Both the position numbers and the translations under genes were made by a program. The notes beneath the pieces were generated by a model. It searched no databases, had not been told where the DNA came from, and saw only the letters and a list, made by a program, of their open reading frames with translations. This document shows, in pieces, positions 16,882-25,594 of a stretch of DNA of 64,000 bases; the stretch's first letter is position 1, and each line of letters opens with the position of its first letter. The DNA is from a virus: the IMG/VR virus record IMGVR_UViG_3300031823_000001, positions 64,001 to 128,000 of that record; one strand, 5' to 3'.

Positions 16882-17535
16882 ATGCGCACCGTCCCGCCGA
16901 GCCAGCGCCAGGTCTACTTCGCGGGGGCGCTGACCGCCGCCGCCGTAGCCTTCGTCTCCCCGCCCCTCCACCTGCCGTCGTCTGCCCCGGGCGCCGCCCT
17001 CGACGCCGTCGTGGTGAAACCGTCCCGCACCGCAGAGCAGCCCGTCCTGACCGGGCCGCAGGTGTTCGCCTCCTACCGCGCCCGGCACCGCCAGACGGCG
17101 CCCCGGGTCCAGGTCCCGGCGCCCCGCGTGTCGGACGACCTCGAATCGGCTGCGGTCATCCCCTCCCCGCCGCCCCCGCAGCCCTCCCAGGCCGCTCAGC
17201 CCGCGAGCACCGCCCAGGCGTCTCCTTACCCGTCCTACTCCGACCTGCCCTCGCAGAGCGGCGCATACGGCTCGCCAGGGGCGCAGAGCGGTTCCTCCGG
17301 CAGCACCAGCTCGTTCCAGGCGTGCGTCATCGCCCGCGAGTCCGGCGGCAACCCCCAGGTCATGAACGCCTCCGGGCACTACGGCCTCTACCAGTTCAGC
17401 GCTTCGACCTGGGCGGAGTACGGCGGCAACCCCGCCGACTTCGGCAATGCCTCCGCAGCGGAGCAGAACCAGGTATTCGCCAACGCCATGGCGGCCGGCG
17501 GCGAGTCGAACTGGGCGCCGTACGACGGCTGCTAG
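16882..17535 (+). CDS. Secreted Rpf-like transglycosylase
   Basis: N-term hydrophobic segment, low-complexity linker, CVIARESGGN..HYGLYQFSASTW..EQ..W..C. Confidence 0.85.
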   Translation: MRTVPPSQRQVYFAGALTAAAVAFVSPPLHLPSSAPGAALDAVVVKPSRTAEQPVLTGPQVFASYRARHRQTAPRVQVPAPRVSDDLESAAVIPSPPPPQPSQAAQPASTAQASPYPSYSDLPSQSGAYGSPGAQSGSSGSTSSFQACVIARESGGNPQVMNASGHYGLYQFSASTWAEYGGNPADFGNASAAEQNQVFANAMAAGGESNWAPYDGC

Positions 17536-18032
17536 CGGCGGGGGAGGCCCGCCGCGATCCACGCATCGAGCCGCCTCTTCCCCTCCGGCCCGGCTGGCGG
17601 CAGGGACTGAAGCGCCTCCCAGTCGAACGGGAACGGCCAGCCGGGGTCACCCGACGGCAGCTCCAGCGGACGCGGCGGCTTCTGGTTCCTGCTCCTGATC
17701 GCCGCCCGCACCGGGTCGCTCCACGACGAGTCTGCCTGGTCACGGGAGAAGTCGGTGGCCCCGAGGACTACAAGGCCGAGGGGCGGGCTTCCGGCTACGC
17801 GAAACGGCCCGGTCCCGTCCCGGTACCTGCTCGGCCACGCACCGAGCCTGACAGTAGGGGACGGCACGGTCTGCGAACCGTGCACCCGGTTGTCCCACAG
17901 CCGGGTGCGCTTGCCCTTCTTGCCCGGCCGCCAGTTTCTGCCCATCATCAGGCTCGCGCCCGGGTGCTGCGGGCACGGACCCTTTGCGGCCCAGCCGCAC
18001 TCGGTGCACAGGTACTTCGGGCGGGCGCTCAC
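17532..18032 (-). CDS. Hypothetical protein (N-term CxxC)
   Basis: SD GAGGAG; part of minus-strand trio. Confidence 0.5.
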   Translation of the reverse strand: MSARPKYLCTECGWAAKGPCPQHPGASLMMGRNWRPGKKGKRTRLWDNRVHGSQTVPSPTVRLGAWPSRYRDGTGPFRVAGSPPLGLVVLGATDFSRDQADSSWSDPVRAAIRSRNQKPPRPLELPSGDPGWPFPFDWEALQSLPPAGPEGKRRLDAWIAAGLPRR

Positions 18033-18034
18033 TG

Positions 18035-18316
18035 CTAGCTCCTCACTGCCCGGAAGACGCGCTCGCGGCGGCCGTCCGGGTGCACGAGGTACACCCGGTC
18101 CTGGATGCTGTAGGTGCCCTGGCCGCCGCTGCTCGCGGTCGGCTGAGTACGCTCCAGGTCTTCCAGTCGCCTCTGCGCGTCGAGGAGGGCCTCCTGCGGG
18201 CTGGCGTACTCCGGCTTCATCCCGTCCAGGGTGCTGCGCCCGTCCACCACGTTGACGTCTCCGAGCGGGTAGTCCTCCTCAGAGAACGCGTCGTAGCCTG
18301 CCAGCTTCCAGGTCAC
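18035..18316 (-). CDS. Hypothetical protein
   Basis: GTGA overlap, high GC3; GYDAFS..SSGGQG..IQDRVY. Confidence 0.65.
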   Translation of the reverse strand: MTWKLAGYDAFSEEDYPLGDVNVVDGRSTLDGMKPEYASPQEALLDAQRRLEDLERTQPTASSGGQGTYSIQDRVYLVHPDGRRERVFRAVRS

Positions 18317-18672
18317 TGCCCGCCCCTTTCCGGCCCCATCACGCTGTCGGTGAGGCGCCCGGACCACTCCCGGTTGTACTTCGCCCACTCGTGGTGCGCT
18401 GTCTCCATGACGGCGAACTGGATCAGGGCCGCTTCTCCCGGGCTGAGCCCGAGGCGCCGGGACGCGCGGTTCAGTTCGCCGGCGAACCAGATGACGATCA
18501 TCGCGGCCGGGACGGCGAACAGGATCAGCGCGGCGGCGCCCCACCGGACCATCCCGTTGAGCGCGCCCGGGTCGGCCCACGCCGAGTAGTGAAGTCCCTC
18601 GTACCCGGCGGCGACCAGGCACCCGAGGCCGCCTGCGATCGATGCGAGTGCTGCTGCTGTCTTCGGCTTCAT
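18313..18672 (-). CDS. Membrane protein
   Basis: Two hydrophobic segments; leaderless ATG 6 nt after TATAAT. Confidence 0.7.
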   Translation of the reverse strand: MKPKTAAALASIAGGLGCLVAAGYEGLHYSAWADPGALNGMVRWGAAALILFAVPAAMIVIWFAGELNRASRRLGLSPGEAALIQFAVMETAHHEWAKYNREWSGRLTDSVMGPERGGQ

Positions 18673-18740
18673 GCTGAGATTATAGCTTTTCTTGATAATC
18701 GCCCGCTACCCCTTAACCCCCGGAAGCAGCGGAGGTGCTC

Positions 18741-19349
18741 ATGGGAACGGCGACGCTCGGCTACCCGAACGGCCCCTCGGTGGCGTTCAGGATCGACCCT
18801 GACCTCATCGACTGGACGTGGGCCGTGCAGACGAACGTAGTAGAGACCATCGGCGGCCGGGTGATCCAGGTCCTCGGCGCGTCCCTGGACGACCTTACCG
18901 TCCAGGGCAGCCTCGGCCAGGACCACGCGGACAAGGTCACCGGGGAGAGCTGGCAGCAGGCCCAGGCGTTCCTCACCACCGTCACCGCGATCATGGAGCA
19001 GCAGGCCTCCGACGCCACCACGAACGCCCTGATGCACCCCCCGGCGGTGTTCACCTACCCGCCGAAGGGCTGGCGGTGGAACGTCTACGTCAAGTCGCTG
19101 ACCGACCCCGACGGGAGCAGCTCGGTCATCCTCAAGCCGGGCAAGGTAAACCAGCGCTACGTGCTGACCCTGTTCATCGTCAACGAGAGCGCGAGCCTGA
19201 CGGCCGCCGGGACCACGGCCAACGGCGCGCTCGCCCAGCAGTCAACCCTGGCGATCTCCCAGTTCATGGCCAGGATCAGCGACGGCGTCGGGTGGACGGC
19301 CAACAAGTACACCGGCATCTACACCGGCAGCACGCCGCCCGGCACCTGA
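18741..19349 (+). CDS. Baseplate/tube-initiator-like virion protein
   Basis: FRIDP..VVETIGGRVIQVLG; position. Confidence 0.65.
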   Translation: MGTATLGYPNGPSVAFRIDPDLIDWTWAVQTNVVETIGGRVIQVLGASLDDLTVQGSLGQDHADKVTGESWQQAQAFLTTVTAIMEQQASDATTNALMHPPAVFTYPPKGWRWNVYVKSLTDPDGSSSVILKPGKVNQRYVLTLFIVNESASLTAAGTTANGALAQQSTLAISQFMARISDGVGWTANKYTGIYTGSTPPGT

Positions 19350-19383
19350 CTCCGCCCCCGGAAGCACCGGAGGAGGATCAGCG

Positions 19384-19626
19384 ATGCCGTTCAATACCCC
19401 GCCCGCCTGGGGCGCAGACGTCCCGATCTCGATGCCGCTCCCCGCCGCCGAGCCGGTCATGGTCGATATGTACGGCTTCGGGATGACCCAGTACCGGCTG
19501 GTGCACTCCCTGTCCCAGGCGGACTACGAGTCGCTCGCCGTCCCCGTGTACGCCCCGGCCAGCCCGACCGGCGCCGTGGTGGCCGGCGATGCGGGCCTTG
19601 ACGCCACCGGGAAGTCGTCGGGCTGA
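19384..19626 (+). CDS. Small virion protein
   Basis: SD GGAGGAGG, operon position. Confidence 0.6.
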   Translation: MPFNTPPAWGADVPISMPLPAAEPVMVDMYGFGMTQYRLVHSLSQADYESLAVPVYAPASPTGAVVAGDAGLDATGKSSG

Positions 19627-20384
19627 TGGCGCGCCAGGGGCTGAACGGGACCCTCACCTACACCGACGGGACCACGGCGTACACCTACCAGGTCCGGGTC
19701 GGACAGGTCGGCTACGGGGTGGACATGATCTACGCCGAGGACCAGGCGCGCACCCAGCGGAGCTTCTACCCGCACCGCACCGCCAACCAGCAGTTCTCCG
19801 TCCAGGTGCTGCTGCTGAACTGGGACGAGCGCAACGACCTGATGACCTGGATGTCGAGCTACGCCCAGTACGCGCTCGACCCGACTGCCGTCCGCACTGT
19901 CTTCCCGTTCATGCAGGTGGTCTGCCCGGTGCGGAACTTCAACCAGCAGGGGATGCCGCTGAAGGGATACGAGTGGGGGGCGCACTCCGGGATGATGGCG
20001 TTCTCCCCGGTGTTCACCTTCGAGGCGGCCCAGTCGCCGGGGCAGAACTCCCTCTCGGTCGTCACCAGCTCCGTGGTCAACGCGGCCAGCGCCTTCGCCA
20101 GCGACCCGGCCGTCCAGTACTTCTACCCGTTCTCCACGCAGCTTTCGGCCAGCCAGGTCCCGCAGGACTACGGCCAGGTGGTCCCGTCTCCTGGCACCGT
20201 GCCGCCCGCGCAGACCGCTCCCGGACCGGACAACCCGCCCGCCGGGGTGAGCCAGTCGCAGTGGACCAACGCCCTCGGCGCGGTCGGCGTGGTCAACCCC
20301 GGCACCGTCGCCGGGCCGGCTTACCCGCCTGCCGGGAGCGCCGCCGATGCGGCCACCTCCCCGGGCATCTCCCTGGGGGGCTGA
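19626..20384 (+). CDS. Baseplate-region virion protein
   Basis: TGATG coupling, high GC3. Confidence 0.65.
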   Translation: MARQGLNGTLTYTDGTTAYTYQVRVGQVGYGVDMIYAEDQARTQRSFYPHRTANQQFSVQVLLLNWDERNDLMTWMSSYAQYALDPTAVRTVFPFMQVVCPVRNFNQQGMPLKGYEWGAHSGMMAFSPVFTFEAAQSPGQNSLSVVTSSVVNAASAFASDPAVQYFYPFSTQLSASQVPQDYGQVVPSPGTVPPAQTAPGPDNPPAGVSQSQWTNALGAVGVVNPGTVAGPAYPPAGSAADAATSPGISLGG

Positions 20385-20386
20385 CC

Positions 20387-23011
20387 GTGGCGGTGTTCAT
20401 GTACGCGCCGGGGATCGCGATCTACATCTCGACGCAGAATAACGGGATCATCGATGTCAGCAACGACGTCACCCAGGGGACCCTGGTGCGCCGCAGCGAC
20501 GGGGTCTCGACGTTCTCCTTCAACCTCCAGAACCCGTTCCGCAAGTACCAGGGGATCTTCACCCCGAACGACCGGATCATCGTGATGATGAAGCGGGTGT
20601 CCTGGGTCCGGGTTTTCACCGGCTACCTGAACCAGGTGCCGCTGGTCACGGCGTGGCCGTCAACGGTGCAGCTCACAGCCTCCTGCTCCCTCAAGCGGCT
20701 CCAGTACTGGTTCTGGGACCCGGGCCTCCCCGCCTCGCAGAACATGGTCGCCCAGGCTATGGCGACCGCAGCCAACCCCGACGACGGCGGCACCTCGGCG
20801 GCCGTGCTCGCGATCCTCCAGAACGTGGTCGGCTGGCCCTCCAGCAAGGTCCACATCGCCGGGGTGCCGCAGGGCTGGTCCGCCTGGGCCTACAAGATCG
20901 CCCAGCAGGTGGAGGGGGAGCTGTCCTCGGCGGACACCCTGGCACAGCAGCTTTACGCTGCGCTCGGGGCGGGCGGAACCGTCGGCGGGGTGACCGGCGG
21001 CGGGGTGACCGTCCCGTCGAACGCGCTGGCCGCCGGGACCTACGCCGGGCAGTCGCTGACCACCGCGCAGGTGCAGACGGCCACTCTCATCTACAACACC
21101 GTGATCCAGATGGGCGGGTCCGTCAACGACGCGATCGTCGCGATCATGACCGCCTACCAGGAGAGCCGGCTGGGTGCCAACACCGGCTCCAGCCCCAGCG
21201 CCATCGGGCTGTTCCAGCAGAACCCGGCGGACGGGTGGGGCACCGCCGCGCAGCTCGCCAACAACACCACGGCGACCCAGGCGTTCGCGAAAGTGCTCCT
21301 CGGCATCACCAACAGGTCCACGATGACCGACGCCCAGCAGGCGCAGGCGGTGCAGCGGTCGGCCGACGGCTCGCTGTACGCCCAGTGGCAGACGATGGCC
21401 ACCGACCTGGTGGACTCGCTGACGACCACCGGGGCCTCCTCGGTGGCGAACACCCCGGCTGCCGCCGCCACCGCCGCGACCAAGACCGGGAAGGCGTCCG
21501 GGGCGCAGCTCCTCGGGACGGCGCTGAACCTGGTGGACACCTACTCGATTCCCTACCAGGAGGGAAACGACTCGGCCTACAACGCGGCCGTCCCTACCGT
21601 GCTGGACTGCTCGTCGTTCACCCAGTGGGTCTACTACCACACGCTCGGCTCCATCGGCTCGATGCCGCGCACCTCCCAGGAGCAGTCCGCCTGGGCCACG
21701 GAGATCCCCGTCGCCCAGGCGCTCAACACCCCGGGCGCGCTGCTGTTCTACGGCACCCCCGGCACCTCCTCCCACGTGGAGATCTCCTGCGGCACCGGCA
21801 GCAGCAGCGTCGGGGCGCATACCACCGGCACCTATGCCGGGGTGGTCGGCGCCGGGGCCTACAGCAACGCCAACCCCTACGGGTTCGCCTTCGGCGGCCT
21901 CGCCCCGAACATCGACTACTCGGCGACGCCGGGCACTTCCCCCGCCTACGCCTCGGTGCCGGCCAACGGGGCGGCCCTGGCGGCGGGATCGCCCGCCAGC
22001 ACCAACCCGCTGGCCGCGACCACCCCGGGCGCGGAGCTGGCCGCCGAGGGGCTCCAGGTCAACCCGTCGTCCTCCGAGCCCTGGTACAACCCGACGAACG
22101 AGTTCGACAAGCTCTTCGGCAGCTCCCCGTGGATTCCGACGTTCGACACCGACGCGCAGCTCACCGCGCAGATCCTCACCGGCCCCCGCGCGCTGATGGC
22201 CGACAGCCCGCTGCTGCCGTACCTGAAGAACCTGTTCGCCTCGTGCATGCGCTCGTACTGCTCGGCGCCGAACGGCGACCTGATGGCCTGGTTCCCGGAT
22301 TTCTACGGCATCTGGGGCACGGCGGCGATCATGCAGATCGAGTCGATCGAGCTTCAGGACTTCACCGTCTACTGGGACGACGAGCAGCTCATCACGCACC
22401 AGTTCGTGGTGGGCGCGCCGCAGAACCAGATCGACCTCGGGTCAGGAACGGTGTCCAGCGTCTCGATCACCGCCCCGAGCGGCACCCAGTCGATCCCCCA
22501 GGACCTGCTGCTGGCGATGTCAACCACCGGGATCGCCAGCATCGACTTCCCTGCCATCATGTACGCGCTGTTCGGCCTGGACGCCACCTCCACGGCAGCG
22601 AAGTCGTTCACCCAGTACGTCTACAACCGCTTCGGCGCGCGGCCCGACATGGAGCAGCTCCCGGGACTGGCGGGACCGTCGGGGGAGTTCTTCGGGGCGC
22701 TTTTCCTGTTCATGCGGAGCTGGGCCTACCAGTACAACGCAGATATCCCGATGACTTTCATGCCTGAGCTGTGGCCTGGAATGCTTATCCAGGTCCCTGA
22801 TTTCAGCTTCCAGGCCTACGTCACCACGGTGACCCATACCTTTCAGATGGGCGAGGGCGGCTTCTTCGACACCACCGTCAATATCGCCGCCCCGTCCCGC
22901 ATCCCGGGCAGCGGCAACGATTCCGGCGGCCAGCTCATCGGCCTCCCGGTAGCCGGCGGACTGGTCTCCCCGGGAAGCACGCCGGCCCCGGCGGCAGGGA
23001 CGGGCGGCTGA
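20387..23011 (+). CDS. Baseplate hub with lysozyme-like and NlpC/P60 domains
   Basis: AIMTAYQESRL..IGLFQQ..GWG; LDCSSFTQWVY..HVEI; hub-like N and C termini. Confidence 0.8.
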   Translation: MAVFMYAPGIAIYISTQNNGIIDVSNDVTQGTLVRRSDGVSTFSFNLQNPFRKYQGIFTPNDRIIVMMKRVSWVRVFTGYLNQVPLVTAWPSTVQLTASCSLKRLQYWFWDPGLPASQNMVAQAMATAANPDDGGTSAAVLAILQNVVGWPSSKVHIAGVPQGWSAWAYKIAQQVEGELSSADTLAQQLYAALGAGGTVGGVTGGGVTVPSNALAAGTYAGQSLTTAQVQTATLIYNTVIQMGGSVNDAIVAIMTAYQESRLGANTGSSPSAIGLFQQNPADGWGTAAQLANNTTATQAFAKVLLGITNRSTMTDAQQAQAVQRSADGSLYAQWQTMATDLVDSLTTTGASSVANTPAAAATAATKTGKASGAQLLGTALNLVDTYSIPYQEGNDSAYNAAVPTVLDCSSFTQWVYYHTLGSIGSMPRTSQEQSAWATEIPVAQALNTPGALLFYGTPGTSSHVEISCGTGSSSVGAHTTGTYAGVVGAGAYSNANPYGFAFGGLAPNIDYSATPGTSPAYASVPANGAALAAGSPASTNPLAATTPGAELAAEGLQVNPSSSEPWYNPTNEFDKLFGSSPWIPTFDTDAQLTAQILTGPRALMADSPLLPYLKNLFASCMRSYCSAPNGDLMAWFPDFYGIWGTAAIMQIESIELQDFTVYWDDEQLITHQFVVGAPQNQIDLGSGTVSSVSITAPSGTQSIPQDLLLAMSTTGIASIDFPAIMYALFGLDATSTAAKSFTQYVYNRFGARPDMEQLPGLAGPSGEFFGALFLFMRSWAYQYNADIPMTFMPELWPGMLIQVPDFSFQAYVTTVTHTFQMGEGGFFDTTVNIAAPSRIPGSGNDSGGQLIGLPVAGGLVSPGSTPAPAAGTGG

Positions 23012-24576
23012 TGGCCGCGCCGCGCCCGGCCCTCAACGGCGCCACCACCTCCGTCGGCTTCACCACCAAGCTGGTCACCATCCAGTCAGTCAGCCCGGAC
23101 GGCAAGACGGCGGTCTGCGTAGACCGGCAGAATACCCAGGTCAGCGTCCCCATGCTGGTGCAGCGCAGTAAGGGAGTTCTGCCCGCTGCCGGGGAAACGT
23201 GGCTGGTCACCCAGGATCTCGGCCAGTGGACGTTCGCGGCGGTCGTCGCGCAGTCGCCGGCTCAGTTCCAGACCGTCGCCCAGTCCAGCGGCGTCTACAG
23301 CGGGGGGACTGTCCCGGGCAACCCGACTGTCGGCGAGCTGTGGGTGAACTCCGCGCTGGGCAACATCGTCTCGGTGTGGAACGGCACCGACTGGGAGCCC
23401 CTCCAGTTCGGCGGCACCGCCATCCAGCCGGGCAGCCTGACCTCGGAGCAGCTTTCCGCCGAGGCGAACATCGCCGCCTCCCAGGTGAACTTCACCGCCT
23501 CCGACATCGGCGGGCGCACCACCACGATCTCGGCTACCGCGCCGCCGGACCCGTCGTTCGGCGACCTGTGGTACGACGCGGAGAACGGCTACCAGCTCAA
23601 CCAGTGGGACGGCACCGAGTGGATTCCCTACCAGTGGGGAACCCAGGCTATCGCCGCCAACTCGGTTACCACCGAACTGCTCGCCGCCGAGGCGGTCACC
23701 GCCGAGCAGATGGCCGCCGGGATCATCTACGGCGGGATCATCGACGGCACCATCGTGGACGCTGCGACGTTCATCGGCAGCACGTTCGAGGGCACCGACT
23801 TCATCCTCAACAGCGTCGGCGGGTACTGGTACACCACCACTCCGGGCGCCGGCGACCTGGTAGTGAGCATCACCGCGCAGGCGGGGACCGACCCGGAGGG
23901 GAACACCACCGAAGGCGGCGTCACCATCTACCAGGGCGGCGCCCGCCTCCAGCTCCACGTCAACACCTCTGTCAGCGCCCCCGCGATCGAGATGCCGACC
24001 GGCGCGGCGTCGGAATCCGGGGGCGCCGCCATCTACACCTGGGTCCCGAACCCGGGGGCGCCTTCCGAGGGCCTGATCTCCTACTGGCAGGGACCGGGGT
24101 CGTCTTTCGACGGCAAGTCAGTCGCCATCCAGTTGACCAGCTCTAACGCTGACGGCTCGAAGCTCGCCCAGGGCGGCCTCGTCATAGACGGCGGGATCGT
24201 GGCCTACTGGGACGTTAACGGCCTTTACTCCACGGCCACGTGGGCGAACATGAGCCTTTCGAACGGCTGGTCGGTGAGCGGCACCGGGTTCGCCGAGTAC
24301 AAGCTGGGACTGGACAGGATGGTCCACGTCCGGTTCGGCGGCCTGGGTCCCGGCACCACGGCCAACGGCACCACGATCTGGACGCCGCCGTCGGGCCTCG
24401 TCCCGACTTTCACCGGCACCATGAGCTTCCCCATCGCTGTCGGGTACTCGGGGACCGCGCCTGCCTACGGCTCCACCCCTGAGGTTGTCTTCAGGGGCGG
24501 CAGCATGCAGTGCTTCAACATAAGCACCGGGACGGTCGCCAACATCGCGGGGACGTTCTCGTACCCCCTGGACTGA
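23011..24576 (+). CDS. Baseplate spike / tail-fibre-like protein
   Basis: OB-like N-term (LPAAGETWLV), GDLWYD..WDG repeats, fibre-tip-like C-term. Confidence 0.65.
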   Translation: MAAPRPALNGATTSVGFTTKLVTIQSVSPDGKTAVCVDRQNTQVSVPMLVQRSKGVLPAAGETWLVTQDLGQWTFAAVVAQSPAQFQTVAQSSGVYSGGTVPGNPTVGELWVNSALGNIVSVWNGTDWEPLQFGGTAIQPGSLTSEQLSAEANIAASQVNFTASDIGGRTTTISATAPPDPSFGDLWYDAENGYQLNQWDGTEWIPYQWGTQAIAANSVTTELLAAEAVTAEQMAAGIIYGGIIDGTIVDAATFIGSTFEGTDFILNSVGGYWYTTTPGAGDLVVSITAQAGTDPEGNTTEGGVTIYQGGARLQLHVNTSVSAPAIEMPTGAASESGGAAIYTWVPNPGAPSEGLISYWQGPGSSFDGKSVAIQLTSSNADGSKLAQGGLVIDGGIVAYWDVNGLYSTATWANMSLSNGWSVSGTGFAEYKLGLDRMVHVRFGGLGPGTTANGTTIWTPPSGLVPTFTGTMSFPIAVGYSGTAPAYGSTPEVVFRGGSMQCFNISTGTVANIAGTFSYPLD

Positions 24577-24601
24577 CCGCCCGGAAGAGGGGGAGGTGGT
24601 C

Positions 24602-25036
24602 GTGAGAGATCTCCAGCTAGCCGGCGGGGACCTGGTCGCGTCCGGGCGAGGGTTCGCGACTGTGACCGGGGCCGGCTACGTCCGTCAGCGGGTCGCCTGC
24701 GCCCTGTCCGAGCCGTACGGCAGCGACCCGTACAACCCGGGGTGGGGGTCGGCCCTGACCGGGTGGCTCGGCGCGCCGCAGACCTCAAGCACCCAGGCGA
24801 TGGTCGCCTCCGAGGCGCAGCGGGTGCTCAGCGGGCTGATGGCCGCTCAGCAGCTCGTGCTCAAGTCGGCGGCGATGACCAACACCCGGAGCCAGCTCAA
24901 CAGCGCGGACGTCATCGCCTCGGTCAACAGCGTCACCGCCTCGGCCGGGTCCCGGCCCGACGCGGTGCAGGTCACCGTCACCCTCACCACCATGGGCGGC
25001 CAGCAGGTCCAGGCATCGCGGACGGTCAGCGCCTGA
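24602..25036 (+). CDS. Baseplate wedge protein (gp25/gp46-like)
   Basis: DLQLAGGDLV..ALSEPYGSDPYNPGWGS. Confidence 0.75.
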   Translation: MRDLQLAGGDLVASGRGFATVTGAGYVRQRVACALSEPYGSDPYNPGWGSALTGWLGAPQTSSTQAMVASEAQRVLSGLMAAQQLVLKSAAMTNTRSQLNSADVIASVNSVTASAGSRPDAVQVTVTLTTMGGQQVQASRTVSA

Positions 25037-25038
25037 TG

Positions 25039-25551
25039 CTAGGACGGCAGCGGGTTGAGGTAGGCGTGCTCTCCGAACAGCTCCAGGGCAGCCTCGTTGT
25101 AGGCGCGGGCGCAGGCTTCCTGGCTGTCCGAGTGCAGGATGGTCCGAGTCTTTCCTTTTATGGTGATGCGGGCGCGCCACTTATTCATCTGCTTGTCCCA
25201 TCCGACCCCCTTGTACTTAGAGGTGTGCCGCGTAAGGTCCGGTCTTCTGTTCTTGTCATTGTGCAGGCCGTCGCGCAGGTTGCGGCGGCGGTTGTCCAGC
25301 GTGTCATGGAAGATGTGATCCGTGCGCGGGTATCCGGTGATCATCGAGTGCATGGAGATGATCTTGTAACCTCCGCCGATCTGACGGATGGCGGTGCGAG
25401 CGTACGGCCCGTTGGTACGTCCGTTGCGCTTGATTTCAAGCACGTGTCACCTGTGCCTGATGACCAGCTCGTAATCTTCGACGTCGATTCGTGCGACTCT
25501 CCCGGCTGCCTTCTTGCCGGACAGGGGAACCTCGATATGCGCCGTCGCCAA
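25039..25551 (-). pseudogene. HNH-AP2 endonuclease with in-frame TGA at 25447-25449
   Basis: TTG start with SD GGAGG: MATAHIEVPLSGK..IDVEDYELVIRHR*HV..MH..DHI..LDNRRRNLR..SKYKGVGW..KWRARI..ARAYN. Confidence 0.8.
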
Positions 25552-25594
25552 TGGTGGGCCTCCGTGCTCATCGTCTCTAAGGGGGTGATGCACC

